From Octopus bimaculoides (lineage: Eukaryota), in contig NC_068984.1 of assembly GCF_001194135.2 (NCBI RefSeq), positions 138,189,417 to 138,253,403 on the forward strand: a stretch of DNA of 63,987 bases. The letters run 5' to 3'. The position numbers and the translations under genes were made by a program. Position 1 is the stretch's first letter. The number at the start of each line of letters is the position of its first letter. This document shows positions 1-13,274 of the stretch, one piece after another. The notes under the pieces are model-generated. The model worked only from the letters and a program-made list of their open reading frames with translations. It searched no databases and was not told the origin of the DNA.

Positions 1-26
<26 letters not shown>

Positions 27-31
<5 letters not shown>

Positions 32-250
32 ATTAGTTTATTTCCTTTTGTGTTTGATTTGCAAGGTTATTTTTTATGTGATCTCGTGGTGTGTTGAAAA
101 AGATTTTATCGTATCTCCTGTAAACTAGGAGATCGGCAGTTAGACCTGAAGCAGATCCGGAGTAGAGTAGGGTTTGTCCTTGATGAAGTCGTGAATGGTG
201 TCGAGAGGACTATAGGTCTGTGACAAACGTAGCAGATTGATTAACCGAAC
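27..250 (-). mobile_element. Probable 3' end of a degenerate non-LTR retrotransposon
   Basis: Minus strand gives a stop-interrupted frame (LINLLRLSQTYSPLDTIHDFIKDKPYS...) followed by an A-rich tail running into (TA)n. Clade not assignable. Confidence 0.3.
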
Positions 251-852
251 GATTTATCAAAAACTTGATTAGTTAATTAGTTAAATGACTAACTAATTGA
301 CGAAGAATAATAAAATAAGTGAAACAAAACCAGTGCGTGTGTTGATTATGGACATAATGACCCTCCAGAAATAGAAGAAAATCTATTTTTATTCAGCCTA
401 CATAAATTTTAGTATAGCTCTCTAATATAAATTATTTCTTTAATAAATAATTACCAGGAAACTTTCGCTGAATCTGGAGTTAAAATGATCAATTTTAAGC
501 GGCTGTTTGTTGTTCTTTCTAAGTATTGTTCTATACAACAATTTAACAGTTTATCGTAAGAAATGCTACACCCATTTTTAACATCATTCTACTTGTTGAT
601 AGTCACAAAACATTCCTGTCCATTGTCATATTTAAAGAGGTTCACAATCTCTAAATTATTGATTTCAAATTTTGGCACAAGAGCAGCAATTTTTGGGTAA
701 GTTACTTATTATTTTATCGACCCCATAAGAATGAAAGGCAAATTGGACTCTGGCAGTATTTGAACTCAGAGCATAACATCGAAAAAACATTGCTAAGGAC
801 TTTGTCCGGCGCCGTAGCGATTCCGCCTTCTTTTCGTCTTCACCATCTAGAG

Positions 853-949
853 CAATGGCTCCCGAACTTTTCACAGTGGTTTCCAACCCTTTTATTTAAA
901 TGCGTTTTCCCACTGACCCATTTTAATATACATGCACACACATGGATAA

Positions 950-983
<34 letters not shown>

Positions 984-1061
984 TTTAGTTTAGTTTACGG
1001 ACCTCCAGTACTACCTCTGCGGACCACCAGGGTTCCGCGGACCCCAGTTTGGTAACCACTG
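853..1061. mobile_element. hAT (Charlie-like) MITE
   Basis: Imperfect TIRs caatggctcccgaac and gtttggtaaccactg. Identical 8-bp TSD ATCTAGAG at 845-852 and 1062-1069, matching the NTCTAGAN preference of Charlie elements. Internal (TA)n. Confidence 0.8.
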
Positions 1062-1634
1062 ATCTAGAGAATTAATCATTAATCACTTGTCAATCATTGG
1101 ACTGCGGTCATGCTGGGGTATCACCTTGGTGGGGCTCCAGCATGGCCACAGTATATTATTTTTTTAAAGTCTGGTACTTATTCTCTCTTCCGCTTTTGCG
1201 AACGTATCTTAATACTTTGTGAAGTGAGATCTCCGTTGACAGGCCGCTGGTATTATATAAAGTGTTGAACACATATCATATGCAAATTAGTAGCCCCAGT
1301 TGTCGGTAACTACTGAGTTTGTTGACTAAATAAACAAAATGGCTGTTTATTTCTCAGACATGAAGGATTGTTCAGCATAATGCAGACACCATCTTTTCAA
1401 TGTACAAAAAATAGGTGATTTTACTTGGATATATATATATTTATATATATACACAGACATGAGCGAATGGACAAAAGAAAGAGGGGTTTTCAACACATTT
1501 ATTGGAAATTATATGTATGATCCATATCAATCTATATGTAATATTTTCAGGATTACATAAGAAGACAACAAACGGAAAATTTGACATACTTATTCTTTTA
1601 TTTGCGCCCGCACTGGTACTGTTGAGTGGACTGG

Positions 1635-1746
1635 AGCAACGTGCAATAAAGTTTTTTGCTCATGGACAAAACGCGCTGCCGTGAATCGAACTCGCGACCA
1701 TCCGATCACGAACCGAATTCCCTAACCACTAAACCACGCGCCTTCA
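1635..1746 (-). mobile_element. SINE head with tRNA boxes and CORE-like domain (head H2), 3' truncated
   Basis: Minus strand has tggtttagtgg (box A), gagttcgattc (box B), then gtccatgagcaaaaaacttt...gttgctccagtccactc. Confidence 0.7.
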
Positions 1747-2047
1747 CATATATATATATACACACACACGCATGCACATATATATANNNNNNNNNNNNNN
1801 NNNNNNNNNNNNNNNNNNNNNNNNNNNNNNNNNNNNNNNNNNNNNNNNNNNNNNNNNNNNNNNNNNNNNNNNNNNNNNNNNNNNNNNNNNNNNNNNNNNN
1901 NNNNNNNNNNNNNNNNNNNNNNNNNNNNNNNNNNNNNNNNNNNNNNNNNNNNNNNNNNNNNNNNNNNNNNNNNNNNNNNNNNNNNNNNNNNNNNNNNNNN
2001 NNNNNNNNNNNNNNNNNNNNNNNNNNNNNNNNNNNNNNNNNNNNNNN

Positions 2048-2083
<36 letters not shown>

Positions 2084-2652
2084 ATATACTGATAGGGAGT
2101 GTAGATTTATAGATAGGCATGAGTATTGAAGGAAAGATGAGTATGATTATACCAGCCGAAAGACCGGAAGACCATTTGCCCACTCTGTATATGTTCCATA
2201 TGGTCGAGGCTACATTCACCATCTGCCAGCCAGATGCTCCCAGGTGCTACATGTACCATCTGCACGATTCTAAACCTTTAATTTTTTTTTTTTAGCAATA
2301 TATAAGTGATTAAAATTTAAACAGTTTTACTTTTGAAAACAAATAGACGATTTAGCGGTAAAGCTAAAACCTATCTTATTGAATGAAATATAAATAAAGA
2401 CAATGAAATGCATTATATGGAACTTCGACCCACGCAAAAAGTATTTATATGAAATTTCAAAGCATATATTTATCTGCCCATTATATTTAAGTGCTTAACC
2501 GTAATCGTGAAAACTTAAAAGCATTCTTTGTAAAAATTTACATCGTAAAAACAGTGAATACGCGCTAGAGAGTTGTACAGCATGAGACATTCTTTGCGAA
2601 CTAAATATTTCATTAAAATGGAGTAGTGAAGCATTGTGTGGCATTACCTTAA

Positions 2653-2955
2653 CCCATTACCTCCCATAATTCTATTAACTGGAATTTTTTTTATGAAACT
2701 TTGATTTCTAGCATAAAACAGCCTTAGAAACACACTTGAATGATCAAAATAACGTTTCAAAATAACATTTCAAAATAACATTTTAAATAGAAATAACGAG
2801 ATATTGGGTGAAAAATTAGCAGACCTCATTTGAATATCAGAGAAATATACCTAGTAGATATAGCAAAAAGGTTAGATATGTGTAAATATTGACAGATAAT
2901 TACGAAATTTGTAATTTTTAAGTGATCTCATATGAGATCACTGGTTGGTAATGGG
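2653..2955 (+). mobile_element. piggyBac-type MITE, copy 1
   Basis: TTAA on both sides (2649-2652, 2956-2959) and CCCATTACC/GGTAATGGG termini. A near-identical inverted copy lies at 11796-12086. Confidence 0.85.
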
Positions 2956-2984
2956 TTAAAGAAATTTGTTGTGTATGGACCATC

Positions 2985-3285
2985 CTTCGGTTTTCCAAAT
3001 GTCCCGATGCCTACCGGTATTTCTTTCGTCTATTTACGTTCTGAACTGAAATCCCACCGTGATCAACCTTGTCCTTCATTCCTTCGGGGATCGATAAAAT
3101 AAAGTATCAGTCAAGTACTGGTGTCAATGCAACTATCTTATCCCCTCCACTCAAAATTTCTGGTCTTGAATCGTGCAACGTATCGGCGTCTCGTTCAGGA
3201 GATTGTTGTATTCTCGGTCAGCTAGACGCCCTGGAAACCGGGTAATCGGCCTTATGTGTTCAATGACTTTAGAAAATATTGACCC
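2985..3285 (+). mobile_element. Composite SINE: group B body fused to tail T2, copy 1
   Basis: Group B motifs (cgttctgaac, ttcggggatcgataaaat) are followed near 3168 by gtgcaacgtatcggcgtctcgttcagg...ggaaaccgggtaatcggcc. Confidence 0.65.
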
Positions 3286-3300
3286 CGGAATATAGATATA

Positions 3301-3555
3301 CAGTAATCCCCCGACCATCGCAGGTGTTACCTTGTAAAACCACCCGCGATAACTGAAAATCCGCGAAGTAGAAACAGTACTGTATATATTTTTTTTTATA
3401 TAATTTGTATATATTTATTTTATTATAAATGCAAAACAGCATCACGGAGGAATTGACGTAAGCTTAAATGATAAACCGCAATAGGTGAACCACGATAGGT
3501 GAACCGGGATAGGCAAACCGCGATAAGTGAACCGCGATATGGCGAGGGATTATTG
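3301..3555. mobile_element. pogo/Tigger-like MITE
   Basis: TA|CAGTAATCCCCCG...CGAGGGATTATTG|TA, with five imperfect tandem 14-bp repeats (aaccgcgataggtg) at about 3474-3540. Confidence 0.8.
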
Positions 3556-3939
3556 TACGAGGTAAAACTGCAACTTTGTTTTGTTTTGTCTTCTTTCCCT
3601 TTTGTAGTTTACTTTTTACCTTCTCGCATTGTTCCGGCTTTACACAATAAATCTCTTTAAATTATATATTTCATACTTTTTTGAAAGCCATTCAGTTGGA
3701 GTTTTCACAAGATGTATCCAATCTCTCTCAGCTATAAAACCCATAATTTTGCTTTGTATCAATCTAAGAAATCATCAGTGTATCATTTGTAATGACATAC
3801 GGTGATGTATGATCTAACTACGATCAAATATCGACCATAGAGATCATAGTTTGAACTATGATTTGGGCACTAATGTCTAAAAAAGCTACACGAACATCGA
3901 GCAATCTCGATTTCTTCTTCTAGTAAGCTCAGTCAATGC

Positions 3940-4245
3940 TGCGAGCGGGCAGAATAGTTATCACAAAATGCCTAACGTTATTTCTTTCGTCTTTATACGT
4001 TCTGAGTTGAAACCCGACCCAGGTCAACTGTGTCTTTCGTCTCTTCATGGGGTCGATAAAATAAATTATTAGTCAAGTACTGGTTTCAATGTAACTGTCT
4101 TAGCCCCACCCCTCAGAATTGCTAGCCTCGAATCCTGCGACGGATTGGCGTCCCGTTCAGGAGATTGTTGTCAGCTCGGTCACCTATACGTCATGGAAAC
4201 TGGGTAATCGGCTTTACGTGTTCTATGGTTTGAGAAAATATTCAT
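3940..4245 (+). mobile_element. Composite SINE: group B body fused to tail T2, copy 2
   Basis: Same body, junction (near 4128) and tail order as 2985-3285. Confidence 0.65.
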
Positions 4246-4745
4246 GCAGAACCAGTTATCGTTATAAAGTGGCAACTGAATTATCAGAAGTTTGTGGAAA
4301 ACTACAAGACTCCTATGTAGTTTGAATCTTTGGCTGAAATAGTTTATTCCGCCTTCTTCACTAATACCCTTGAGTAAAAAATAATCGTTATACTTTCATT
4401 TTTCTCTTCTTTCAAAAAGATAAAATCTTTGGTTTAATCAAAATAATACTATTGAATAGCTTGTTCTAAAGAGTTGGATCGTGTACGAGTACGATAAATC
4501 ATGTCCTGTTGATTTCGATTTCAATTTCGCTTTCAAGAAAAAATTATAAACTAAAACGAAACGAAGGAAGTTTTTCGTTTTTTAATGCATCAATAGGTGT
4601 GCTGATGCTTGTGAACAAAACATTGATACGATATACTGACATGATTCTTTCAGCAAGATCTTTAAAGAACACAAACCATGAATATACTTATAAAAAATAA
4701 AAGACTGCAAGCAAAGTAATAATTGCATTCCTTGTTTACACACAC

Positions 4746-5195
<450 letters not shown>

Positions 5196-5401
5196 CACAT
5201 ACACACATACATACATACATACATACATGCATACATACATACATACATACATGCATACACACACGCACACATATATACGGGTATACATAAATAAGGATAA
5301 AAGCATTATAAAAATGACGATCCTATGAATGGCCAGTATGTAATAAAAACCATATAGGTAAGAATTAATATAGATATATGATTAGATATGATTATAGTTA
5401 A

Positions 5402-5498
5402 GGGTACTGAGAAACAGCAGCAACATGCTAGAAATAGACGTGAATTTAGAGTCATTTGACGTCTAATTCTAGCACATTGGCGCTATTTCTCAGTACTC
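5402..5498. mobile_element. Small TTAA-flanked foldback MITE (Kolobok-like termini)
   Basis: TTAA|GGGTACTGAGAAACAGC...GCTATTTCTCAGTACTC|TTAA. The inner arms gctagaaatagacgt and acgtctaattctagc also pair. Confidence 0.55.
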
Positions 5499-5702
5499 TT
5501 AATTATATATAAATAATTGAATAAATAGAGTCAAGATATACATATACACAAGATTTAAATTAAGCAAACGCACACATACATACATGTGTATATATATATA
5601 TACATATATAGATACATAGATTTATATAGATATAGAAGATACATGTATATATACATCCATATACATATATAAATATATATACATATATACATGCACCCCT
5701 TC

Positions 5703-5762
<60 letters not shown>

Positions 5763-6012
5763 TGTGCTTCCGTACAGTTTCCGTCTATCAAATACACTCA
5801 CAGAGCATTGGTTGGTCTGGGGAGCTATAGTAGAGAGAAAGAGAGAGAGAGCCATTCCATCTTTAACTTTTTCTTTGACTCCGTCTCCATCTCTCTCTCT
5901 GTCTCCTTATCTCTCTCCCCGCATCTCTGCCCTCTCCCCCTCTCCTCTTCTCCCTCTTTTTTTCATTCTCACTGTTTCCCTGCGTTTTAAATTCACTTAT
6001 CATTTACTTTAC

Positions 6013-6111
6013 TCAGTACAATTTGTAAGCCGGAGCCGTGAGAGTTGACAAGTAGCATTAAAACGAAATTCTTGTGACGATTGACTACATTTTCGCAAGT
6101 CACTAACTCTG
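6013..6111 (-). CDS. Possible downstream exon (99 nt, ELVTCENVVNRHKNFVLMLLVNSHGSGLQIVL)
   Basis: A long polypyrimidine tract precedes ttttatcAG|, and the donor is CTGA|GTAAAG. Phase 1 to phase 1 and open. Confidence 0.25.
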
Positions 6112-6679
6112 CTGATAAAACAAGGCTGCCATATAAGTTATGCGATACAGGCGAGAAAAAAGTGAAAGGAAAGGGAGTCATAAATATTAATAGTAAACCG
6201 AAATATATATTAAACTGAATGAAACCCGGACAAACAATGAGGCATTTATTCCGTATTGCATACACTCAGAAACACGCTCACACACACTAACATACATACA
6301 CGCATATGCATAAACACACACACACATACATACACAAACAAGCACATGCATACATACATATATACATAAATTTGTAGATATACATCAAGAATGCATCCTG
6401 AAGCAGAAATCCACCAAATTGCTCTGTAAACGAGGTTTAGAATGATACAAATGAATGCAATCAGATCAACTGATTTTATTTGCCTGAAAAACAATTCAAA
6501 GCTTCTATATTATACTAGGAATCAATTGTGCTTCTGGAAACTGTGTTCAAAATTGGACTTACAGAACCGTCGTTAGCCGGAAATAAAATGAGATATGGAA
6601 ATTGTTCCAGGTGTTATACACGTTCGATAATGAAATCGGAGAAGATGAGGCGTGAATATTACTATCATTATTATGAAAA

Positions 6680-7090
6680 AGGCGGTAAGCTGGCAGAATC
6701 GTTAACACGCTGGACGAAATGTTTAACGGTATTTTGCTCGTCGCAACGTTATGAGTTCGAATTCCGCCGAGGTCCATTTTGCTTTTCGTCCTTTTGGGGT
6801 CGATAAATCAAGTACCAGTTACACACTGAGGTCGATGTAATTGACTAGTCCCCTCCCCAGAAATTTTTGGGGCCTTATACCTCCAATAGGAAGGATTATT
6901 ATTTTGAATGGTAGTGGCTTGGTAGAATAGTTAGAACGGTAGGAAGGTAACTAATGGTATTTATTTCTGATCTTGTCGTTATGAGTTCAAAGTACGCAGA
7001 GCTCAACATTATTTTTCATGCTTCTGGAGTCGATAAACTAAAATACTAACAAAGTACTGGGGGCGATTTTATCACTCATTCTCTCCCCAC
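6680..7090 (+). mobile_element. Two tandem group B SINEs
   Basis: ggcggtaagctggcagaatcg (box A), gagttcgaattcc (box B), ttggggtcgataaatcaagtacc and an ATT tail. A more decayed second copy starts at about 6905. Confidence 0.8.
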
Positions 7091-7394
7091 GAAACAAATA
7101 ATCATTATTTCTTATAGAATTGTACGACATTGGTACCGTACATAGATTCACTTAGAAATACTCACACATCCGTATGGACGTGTGTGTCTGTATTAACATA
7201 CGTGATGTATATGATATCTGTAGTTAAGAAAGCATTTCAAATATTACACATAATTTCTGTGCACCCAACTTTAAGAATAAAAATATATATGAAGACAATT
7301 ATATGGAGAAGAGAATGAAATAACGAACCAGTGTAAAATAACTGAGGATGTATGCAAGGGAGGGCATTCGGTGGAGAAATGGTGTAATCATTAC

Positions 7395-7433
7395 TTATTA
7401 AAGATTTTAAAGCTGCTGTTTTGTCAAAAACTT
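7395..7433 (-). CDS. Possible downstream mini-exon (39 nt, EVFDKTAALKSLI)
   Basis: ttgttatcatctgcacAG|...ATAA|GTAATG, phase 1 to phase 1 and open. Only usable if exon D ends at a weak phase-1 donor. Confidence 0.2.
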
Positions 7434-7742
7434 CTGTGCAGATGATAACAAATGATAACGAATATACAGCAGGCCTCTCTTTGTTAAACGCCCAGCAAAA
7501 GCATGTCATTCAAAACTTGTAATTTCTAGACCAGCGATTTGTTATCCAGGACAATGCCTAAATACAAACAGCTACAAGGAATAATGGTGAACCGATCTTA
7601 TTGCAAACACGCTCTACTTAATAAGTTTTGTTTACACAAGATTTCACGCGAGCACGCGCAGCATCAGAAACATGTGCGAGTGCACGTGGAGACATACACA
7701 ACACACACACAGAACTCACACCACACACACACAGAACGCACA

Positions 7743-7795
<53 letters not shown>

Positions 7796-7886
7796 GACAC
7801 ACCCTATGGACACGTGTATACATTTAAGATATTTCAGTTGTATATTTTATTAAAGAAATGTTTCTTGACTCCTGATACTCATAAAG

Positions 7887-8205
7887 TGGAGGCGCAATGG
7901 CCCAGTGTTTAGGACAGTGGACTCGCGGTCGGAAGATCGCAGTTTTGATTCCCAGACCGGGCGTTGTGTGTGTTTATTGAGCGAAAACACCTAAAGCTCC
8001 ACGAGGCTCCGACAGGGGGTGGTGGGGACCCCTTTTGTACTCTTTCGCCCCAACCTTCTCTCACTCTTTCTTCCTGTTTCTTGAGTAACGCTGCGATGTA
8101 CTGGCGTCCCGTCCAGCTGGGGGGAACACATACACCATAGAAACCGGGAAACCGGGCCCATGAGCCTGGTTAGGCTTGAAAAGGGCACGAAAGAACGAAA
8201 GAAGA
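7887..8205 (+). mobile_element. SINE with head H1 and tail T2
   Basis: Head ggaggcgcaatggcccagtg, tail gctgcgatgtactggcgtcccgtccag...gaaaccgggcccatgagcc. 12-bp TSD ATACTCATAAAG at 7875-7886 and 8206-8217. Confidence 0.9.
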
Positions 8206-8224
8206 ATACTCATAAAGCCAAAAA

Positions 8225-8375
8225 ATTTGAGGGGAGGGGACAAGTCGATAACATCGACTCTAGTACTTGACTGGTACTTTATTTTATCGACCCCGAGGGG
8301 AAGAAAGGCAAAGCTGACTTTAGCGGAATTTCAACTCAGAACGTAAAGAGCCGGAAGAAATACTGATAGGCAGGA
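8225..8375 (-). mobile_element. Group B SINE
   Basis: gtactttattttatcgacccc...aaaggcaaagctgac...caactcagaacgtaaag, the reverse complement of the group B body. Confidence 0.75.
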
Positions 8376-8517
8376 AATCTTTTACTCATTCCATCTATTT
8401 TATTAATAGTGTTACCCTAACTGCCACTACGAAGTTCCTGCAATAAATCTACGGATAACAACAGGTAATCGATACTTCGATACTGTGTCGGTGCTTTGCT
8501 CATCATCTACTTATTTA

Positions 8518-8914
8518 GATTGTCATGGCTGTCAGACAATTTCTGCAACCACGTCACCCCAAACATTTGGTCACCTTACTCCGCAGACTGCAACCCCATC
8601 GATTATTATGTGTGGGACGCAGTTGAGCGAGAGACCAACAAAACTCCTTGCAACACCAAAGATGAACTGAAGGCAAGGATCATGGCAGCATTCACCAACT
8701 TAAACAAGGAGACCGTCCAGAAGAGTTGCAGGAGATTCTGAAGTCGTCTCGAGGCCGTGGTTGAAGCCAATGACGATTTTATAAAAAAAATTATACTCTT
8801 TAGTACTTCAAGATATTTTTATGTAATTTTGATAAATATATCTGTTAAAATGAGGTATCAGTGTTATTTTCATTTTTGCGTAATTTATATGCCAGTTTAT
8901 TCACCGCACTTTGT
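8518..8914 (+). mobile_element. Tc1/mariner (maT/DD37D-like) transposase C-terminal fragment and 3' end
   Basis: WSPYSADCNPIDYYVWDAVERETNKTPCNTKDELKARI...SRLEAVVEAND matches the WPPxSPDxNPLDY motif with Asp as the third catalytic residue. It has an internal stop. Confidence 0.8.
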
Positions 8915-8927
8915 GTGTGTGTGTATG

Positions 8928-8975
<48 letters not shown>

Positions 8976-8985
8976 NNNNNNNNNN

Positions 8986-9038
<53 letters not shown>

Positions 9039-9360
9039 AGAGAAAGGGAGAAAGGGAGAAGGAGAAAGGCTTTAAGACTTTCCGTACATGGGGGGAAATC
9101 CAGCTGTAATTGTTTCTTAGAAAAAGGAAAGGACAAAATCAGGTTTTGTATTTCATTTAGATGTCAAGTGTTCATCAAAGGAAACTTTGAAAAATAGATA
9201 CAATAATGAATATATATATAGAGAGGACAAATTGTTGCACTGGATGATGAGTGAGGATATCAGGTTATAATACCAAGTAGGCTCAGTAACAAATTATGGT
9301 TTTTAAACACTAAATATTGAATATTTGAATATGTGCGTGAGCTTACATGTATGTATAACA

Positions 9361-9734
9361 GGTGGGGGTGCAATGGCCCAGTGGTTAGGGCAGCGGACTC
9401 GCGGTTTCCATTCCCAGACCGGACGTTGTGAGTGCTTATTGAGCGAAAACACCTAAAATTCCACAAGGCTCCGGCAGGGGATGGTGGCGAACCTTGCTGT
9501 ACTCTTTCACCACAACTTTCTCTCACTTTTTTCTTCCTGTTTCTGTTGTACCTGTATTTTGAAGGGCCAGCCTTGTCACACTGTGTCACGCTGAATATCC
9601 CCGAGAACTACGTTAAGGGTACACGTGTCTGTGGAGTGCTCAGCCACTTGCACGTTAATTTCACGAACGAGCTGTTCCGTTGATCGGATCAACTTGAACC
9701 CTCGTCGTCGCAACCGACGGAGTGCCAACCAGCC
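9361..9734 (+). mobile_element. Group A SINE (head H1, tail T1), near full length
   Basis: tggcccagtggttagggcagcgg...gtcgcaaccgacggagtgccaac, with TSD ATGTATAAC at 9351-9359 and 9735-9743. Confidence 0.9.
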
Positions 9735-10124
9735 ATGTATAACTGAAACATTCGTCGTTATGTGTTAGTGTTCCTATCTCACAATTCATAGAAATTATTT
9801 GTTATCGGAATAGACAAAAGGAAACATGGATAAACCCTTTTTTTTTCAACAAGATATTATCGAGAATCACTACAATTTCAGCACTGGGAGTGCTTAGTAT
9901 AAACCAGGCGAAAAGATAAACTTAATTTCAGATGCGATCGGATGGTATTTTAAAATGAACGTGTGTATTCAACTTTGACGTTTGAATTGTTAATAGATTC
10001 ATAAAGAAATTATCTTTCATCTTCCGTTTGTCATCACTGGTAGTCTAATCGAAGTGAAAGTAACTAATAACTTGCAATGTATGTCCCCATAATATTTGAT
10101 TAATTGAATTTCGTTCAAATATTT

Positions 10125-10450
10125 TAAATGTCAGTGTTTTCTTTTTTTTCCTTTTGCCGAATCGCTTTATTACGAGAATGTAAATAAACCAAGCGTTGGC
10201 AAATGTGTATGATAAACGCAGAACAAAGAAACACGTGCAGACACAAACACACGCACACGCACGAACTCATGCACACACATACACACACACACATACACTC
10301 AAGGACATATATATACACACACATATGTCCGACAGACTTTGATCCAGTTTCTGATCCGTCTGGGACTGTAACAGAAAACAATTGTCCAAGATGCCACGTC
10401 GTGGGATCGAACTCGAAACCACGTGATTGCGAAGCAAGCTTCTTATATAG
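10125..10450 (-). mobile_element. Group C SINE, degenerate, with internal CA/TA microsatellite
   Basis: 5' part agcttgcttcgcaatcacgtggtttcgagttcgatccc; 3' part acattctcgtaataaagcgattcggcaaaaag. Confidence 0.65.
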
Positions 10451-11795
10451 TAGAGTTAACATTTTCCTATACGTTATATCTTATTTAGGTGAAAAATCGA
10501 TAAAGTTTTTATCATCGTTCCAGCGATACTCTAATTAAATAACAGAAGCGTATTTTTCTCATCATACGTGACAATCTAGTACAGAATATATTTCGGAAAA
10601 AAAAAAAAATTCCTAAAAGATTTATTAATCAACTCTTGGCCTACAATTTAGCATTAATTTAATTTCATATTAATACATTATATATAAAAAAAAAATCTGC
10701 TGACTGCGAAATTCTTTAGTATAATATAGCACTGCAGAAAATCCCATCGGGGGAAAAACATTTGGTTGAAATCTATTAATGCTAAATTATATACAATTTT
10801 GTTATTTTCATTTTATATCTAATAATTCTTAGAGGTTTGTTCAGCAGACTGAATGGATTAATGCTTCTTACAAATAGCAGAACTGGGGGAAATCTCTTGA
10901 GCTTCTTGTTTAAAGCATGAGTAGATACACTTATGATACTAAATACTTTATTTTGGTGATGCTCGTGTCTTAAACTACCAGTAAGGTTATAATGTCAGAC
11001 GTTTAAGCAATAAATATATAAAGAATTAGGAGATAATTTAACATGCTATCGTACATTTTGCCGTAATTCTTTAAACGCCTCCTGTTGTTTACCAGCAGGC
11101 GATAGAAATAAAACTGAAATACAGTAGCTGTAGAACAAAGGGTATTGCGTTCCTTTATATACACATATATGCACACATACATGCACAAATGCATATATAC
11201 ATGCACCCCACAGATATTCATACACAAATGCATATATATATACACACATACATATATATATTCATACACGCAAACACACATACACATCATATAAATATGT
11301 ATATGTATATATANNNNNNNNNNNNNNNNNNNNNNNNNNNNNNNNNNNNNNNNNNNNNNNNNNNNNNNNNTATATATATAATGTTTCACTATCGTTCGTA
11401 TCTCAGTGCATTATAGAAATGCAGGATATATGAATAATTAATTATTGCACTATTTCAATCTTAATATTTTATAAGATATATCCTCTTTCTCCAGTATGTA
11501 AATTATAGTAACGTGTTAAAGTATCTTAGCATAGTAACTGAGAACGATGTATATCTAGGTTTTACGATTCGTAATATTTACTAGTTTCCAGTCTATCAAG
11601 ATATAATTGAGTACCACCACAGAGTAGGAACAAGACATCGCTGTACACAATGATGATACCATAATCTTTGATTAATGCTTTGCAAACTTGTAAAACTAAG
11701 TTCAAACCCTCCTCCATTTCATACAAGCTATACTCTGCAGAAGTGTAAGGTCCACAAAACTGACCTGTTCTAGATACACCGATAGAAGGACTTAA

Positions 11796-12086
11796 CTCAT
11801 TACCTACCAGTGATCTCATATGAAATCACTTAAAAATTACAAATTTCGTAATTTTCTGTCAATATTTACACATATCTAACCTTTTTGCTATATCTACTAG
11901 GTATATTTCTCTGATATTCAAATGAGGTTTGCTAATTTTGCACCCAATATCTCGCTTATTTCTATTTAAAATGTTATTTTGAAATGTTATTTTGATCATT
12001 GCAGCGTGTTTCTAAGGCTGTTTTATGCTAAAAATCAAAGTTTCATAAAAAAAATTCCAGTTAATAGAATTATGGGAGGTAAAGGG
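11796..12086 (-). mobile_element. piggyBac-type MITE, copy 2 (inverted relative to copy 1)
   Basis: TTAA at 11792-11795 and 12087-12090. Reverse complement of 2653-2955. Confidence 0.85.
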
Positions 12087-12531
12087 TTAAGATCGAATAT
12101 AGTCAGTGAATCCTGTAAGCGGAGCCCTCACACCAATAAGAGGAAGGAGCTGTGTGCTGTAAAGCTTTCGGGAGAAAGGTTCTGAAACGGGGCGCATACT
12201 CTCCTGGTGATCTTTGGTGCCTGATGGTGTCTGTATGCCAAGCTTTCGCTCGACAGCGCTTGCACGAGCAAGCTGTTCGCAAGTCCCGAAAGAGTTATTT
12301 GCATTTGCGGCAGCATTTACCCGGAATGGGTTCAGCCGGTTCTGACTAACAAATTCACCATGTCCCTCACGAATGCTGACCACATTCGACGGTCGGCGAG
12401 ATTTGACTAATGCCCTACTGGGAGAGCAAAGGCGTCGGATTGCGCAGACACTGTGGCCGTTGTCTTCATTCGCTGTTGAAATGTCGAGTTCATGTTCAGG
12501 GTTTCGGTTCCTCAAACCTCGACTTATTTCT
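12087..12531 (-). CDS. Candidate exon D (147 codons to the stop; may instead end at a donor near 12132)
   Basis: Acceptor tgtatttgttttgtttAG|A GAA ATA AGT enters in phase 2. This is a non-repetitive island, visibly more GC-rich than its flanks, and open for EISRGLRNRNPEHELD...YIRS*. Confidence 0.55.
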
Positions 12532-12574
12532 CTAAACAAAACAAATACAATATATTACAGCACATATTAAGAAA

Positions 12575-13020
12575 AAATCTAGTACGCTCCCTCTCTAGTA
12601 TTGGACAACAGGGAAAGTTGTTCAGTTCAATATAAGTTCTAAGCCTCATCATGTTTGTTCATGTTTCATGCTGATCTTCATTTGTTATACCATCAAAAGC
12701 TGCTCATCAGACATTAGCTTGCCCATTCAGAGTCTGATTTTACTCCACCTCTCATCAGCTGTGACACTCCATATAGATCAAGTGTAAGAAAACTGTTTCC
12801 AAATTGGGGACATTACTATAGTTTTCTCACCTGGGACAGCGCTGTTGCTACATACACTAACATTCCAGATTGCGTAAAAAAAAAAGGACAAGACCTACCC
12901 ACCCACATCACTGTCATCAGCCACGTATATGTTGTCTCTTCAACTTGCCATTTACATCATCACTACAACGGCTTCTGTTCTTGCAATTCGATACGTTTCT
13001 ACTTCCAGCCAGGCCCAACT
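12575..13020 (-). mobile_element. Degenerate RTE-clade LINE reverse-transcriptase fragment
   Basis: Minus strand has YVADD (12927-12913) and later SVTADERWSKIRL*MGK...TTFPVVQY, resembling RTE/BovB YLGS...SKEI.R..MGK...VFPVVMYG. Many stops. Confidence 0.5.
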
Positions 13021-13274
13021 AACACTCTCCTTTTCAGATTCCATTTATTATCTATTTTCTGCCCGCAGTTTTCTTAAGGTTTTGTACTAAAAACTATTCC
13101 TAATCCTTTGAAATTTCTATCACTAAACAACGATTTTTTCCCCCTTCAACTTGCAGATGTCACTTCCAGAAGTTCAAGGGATACAATTTGACTTCGGTCT
13201 TCCAGAACAAGTAACAATTAACTTTCCTGATGCGGAAAAGTTTTACAGCGAGTAATATAACATCTTTTCTGTAA

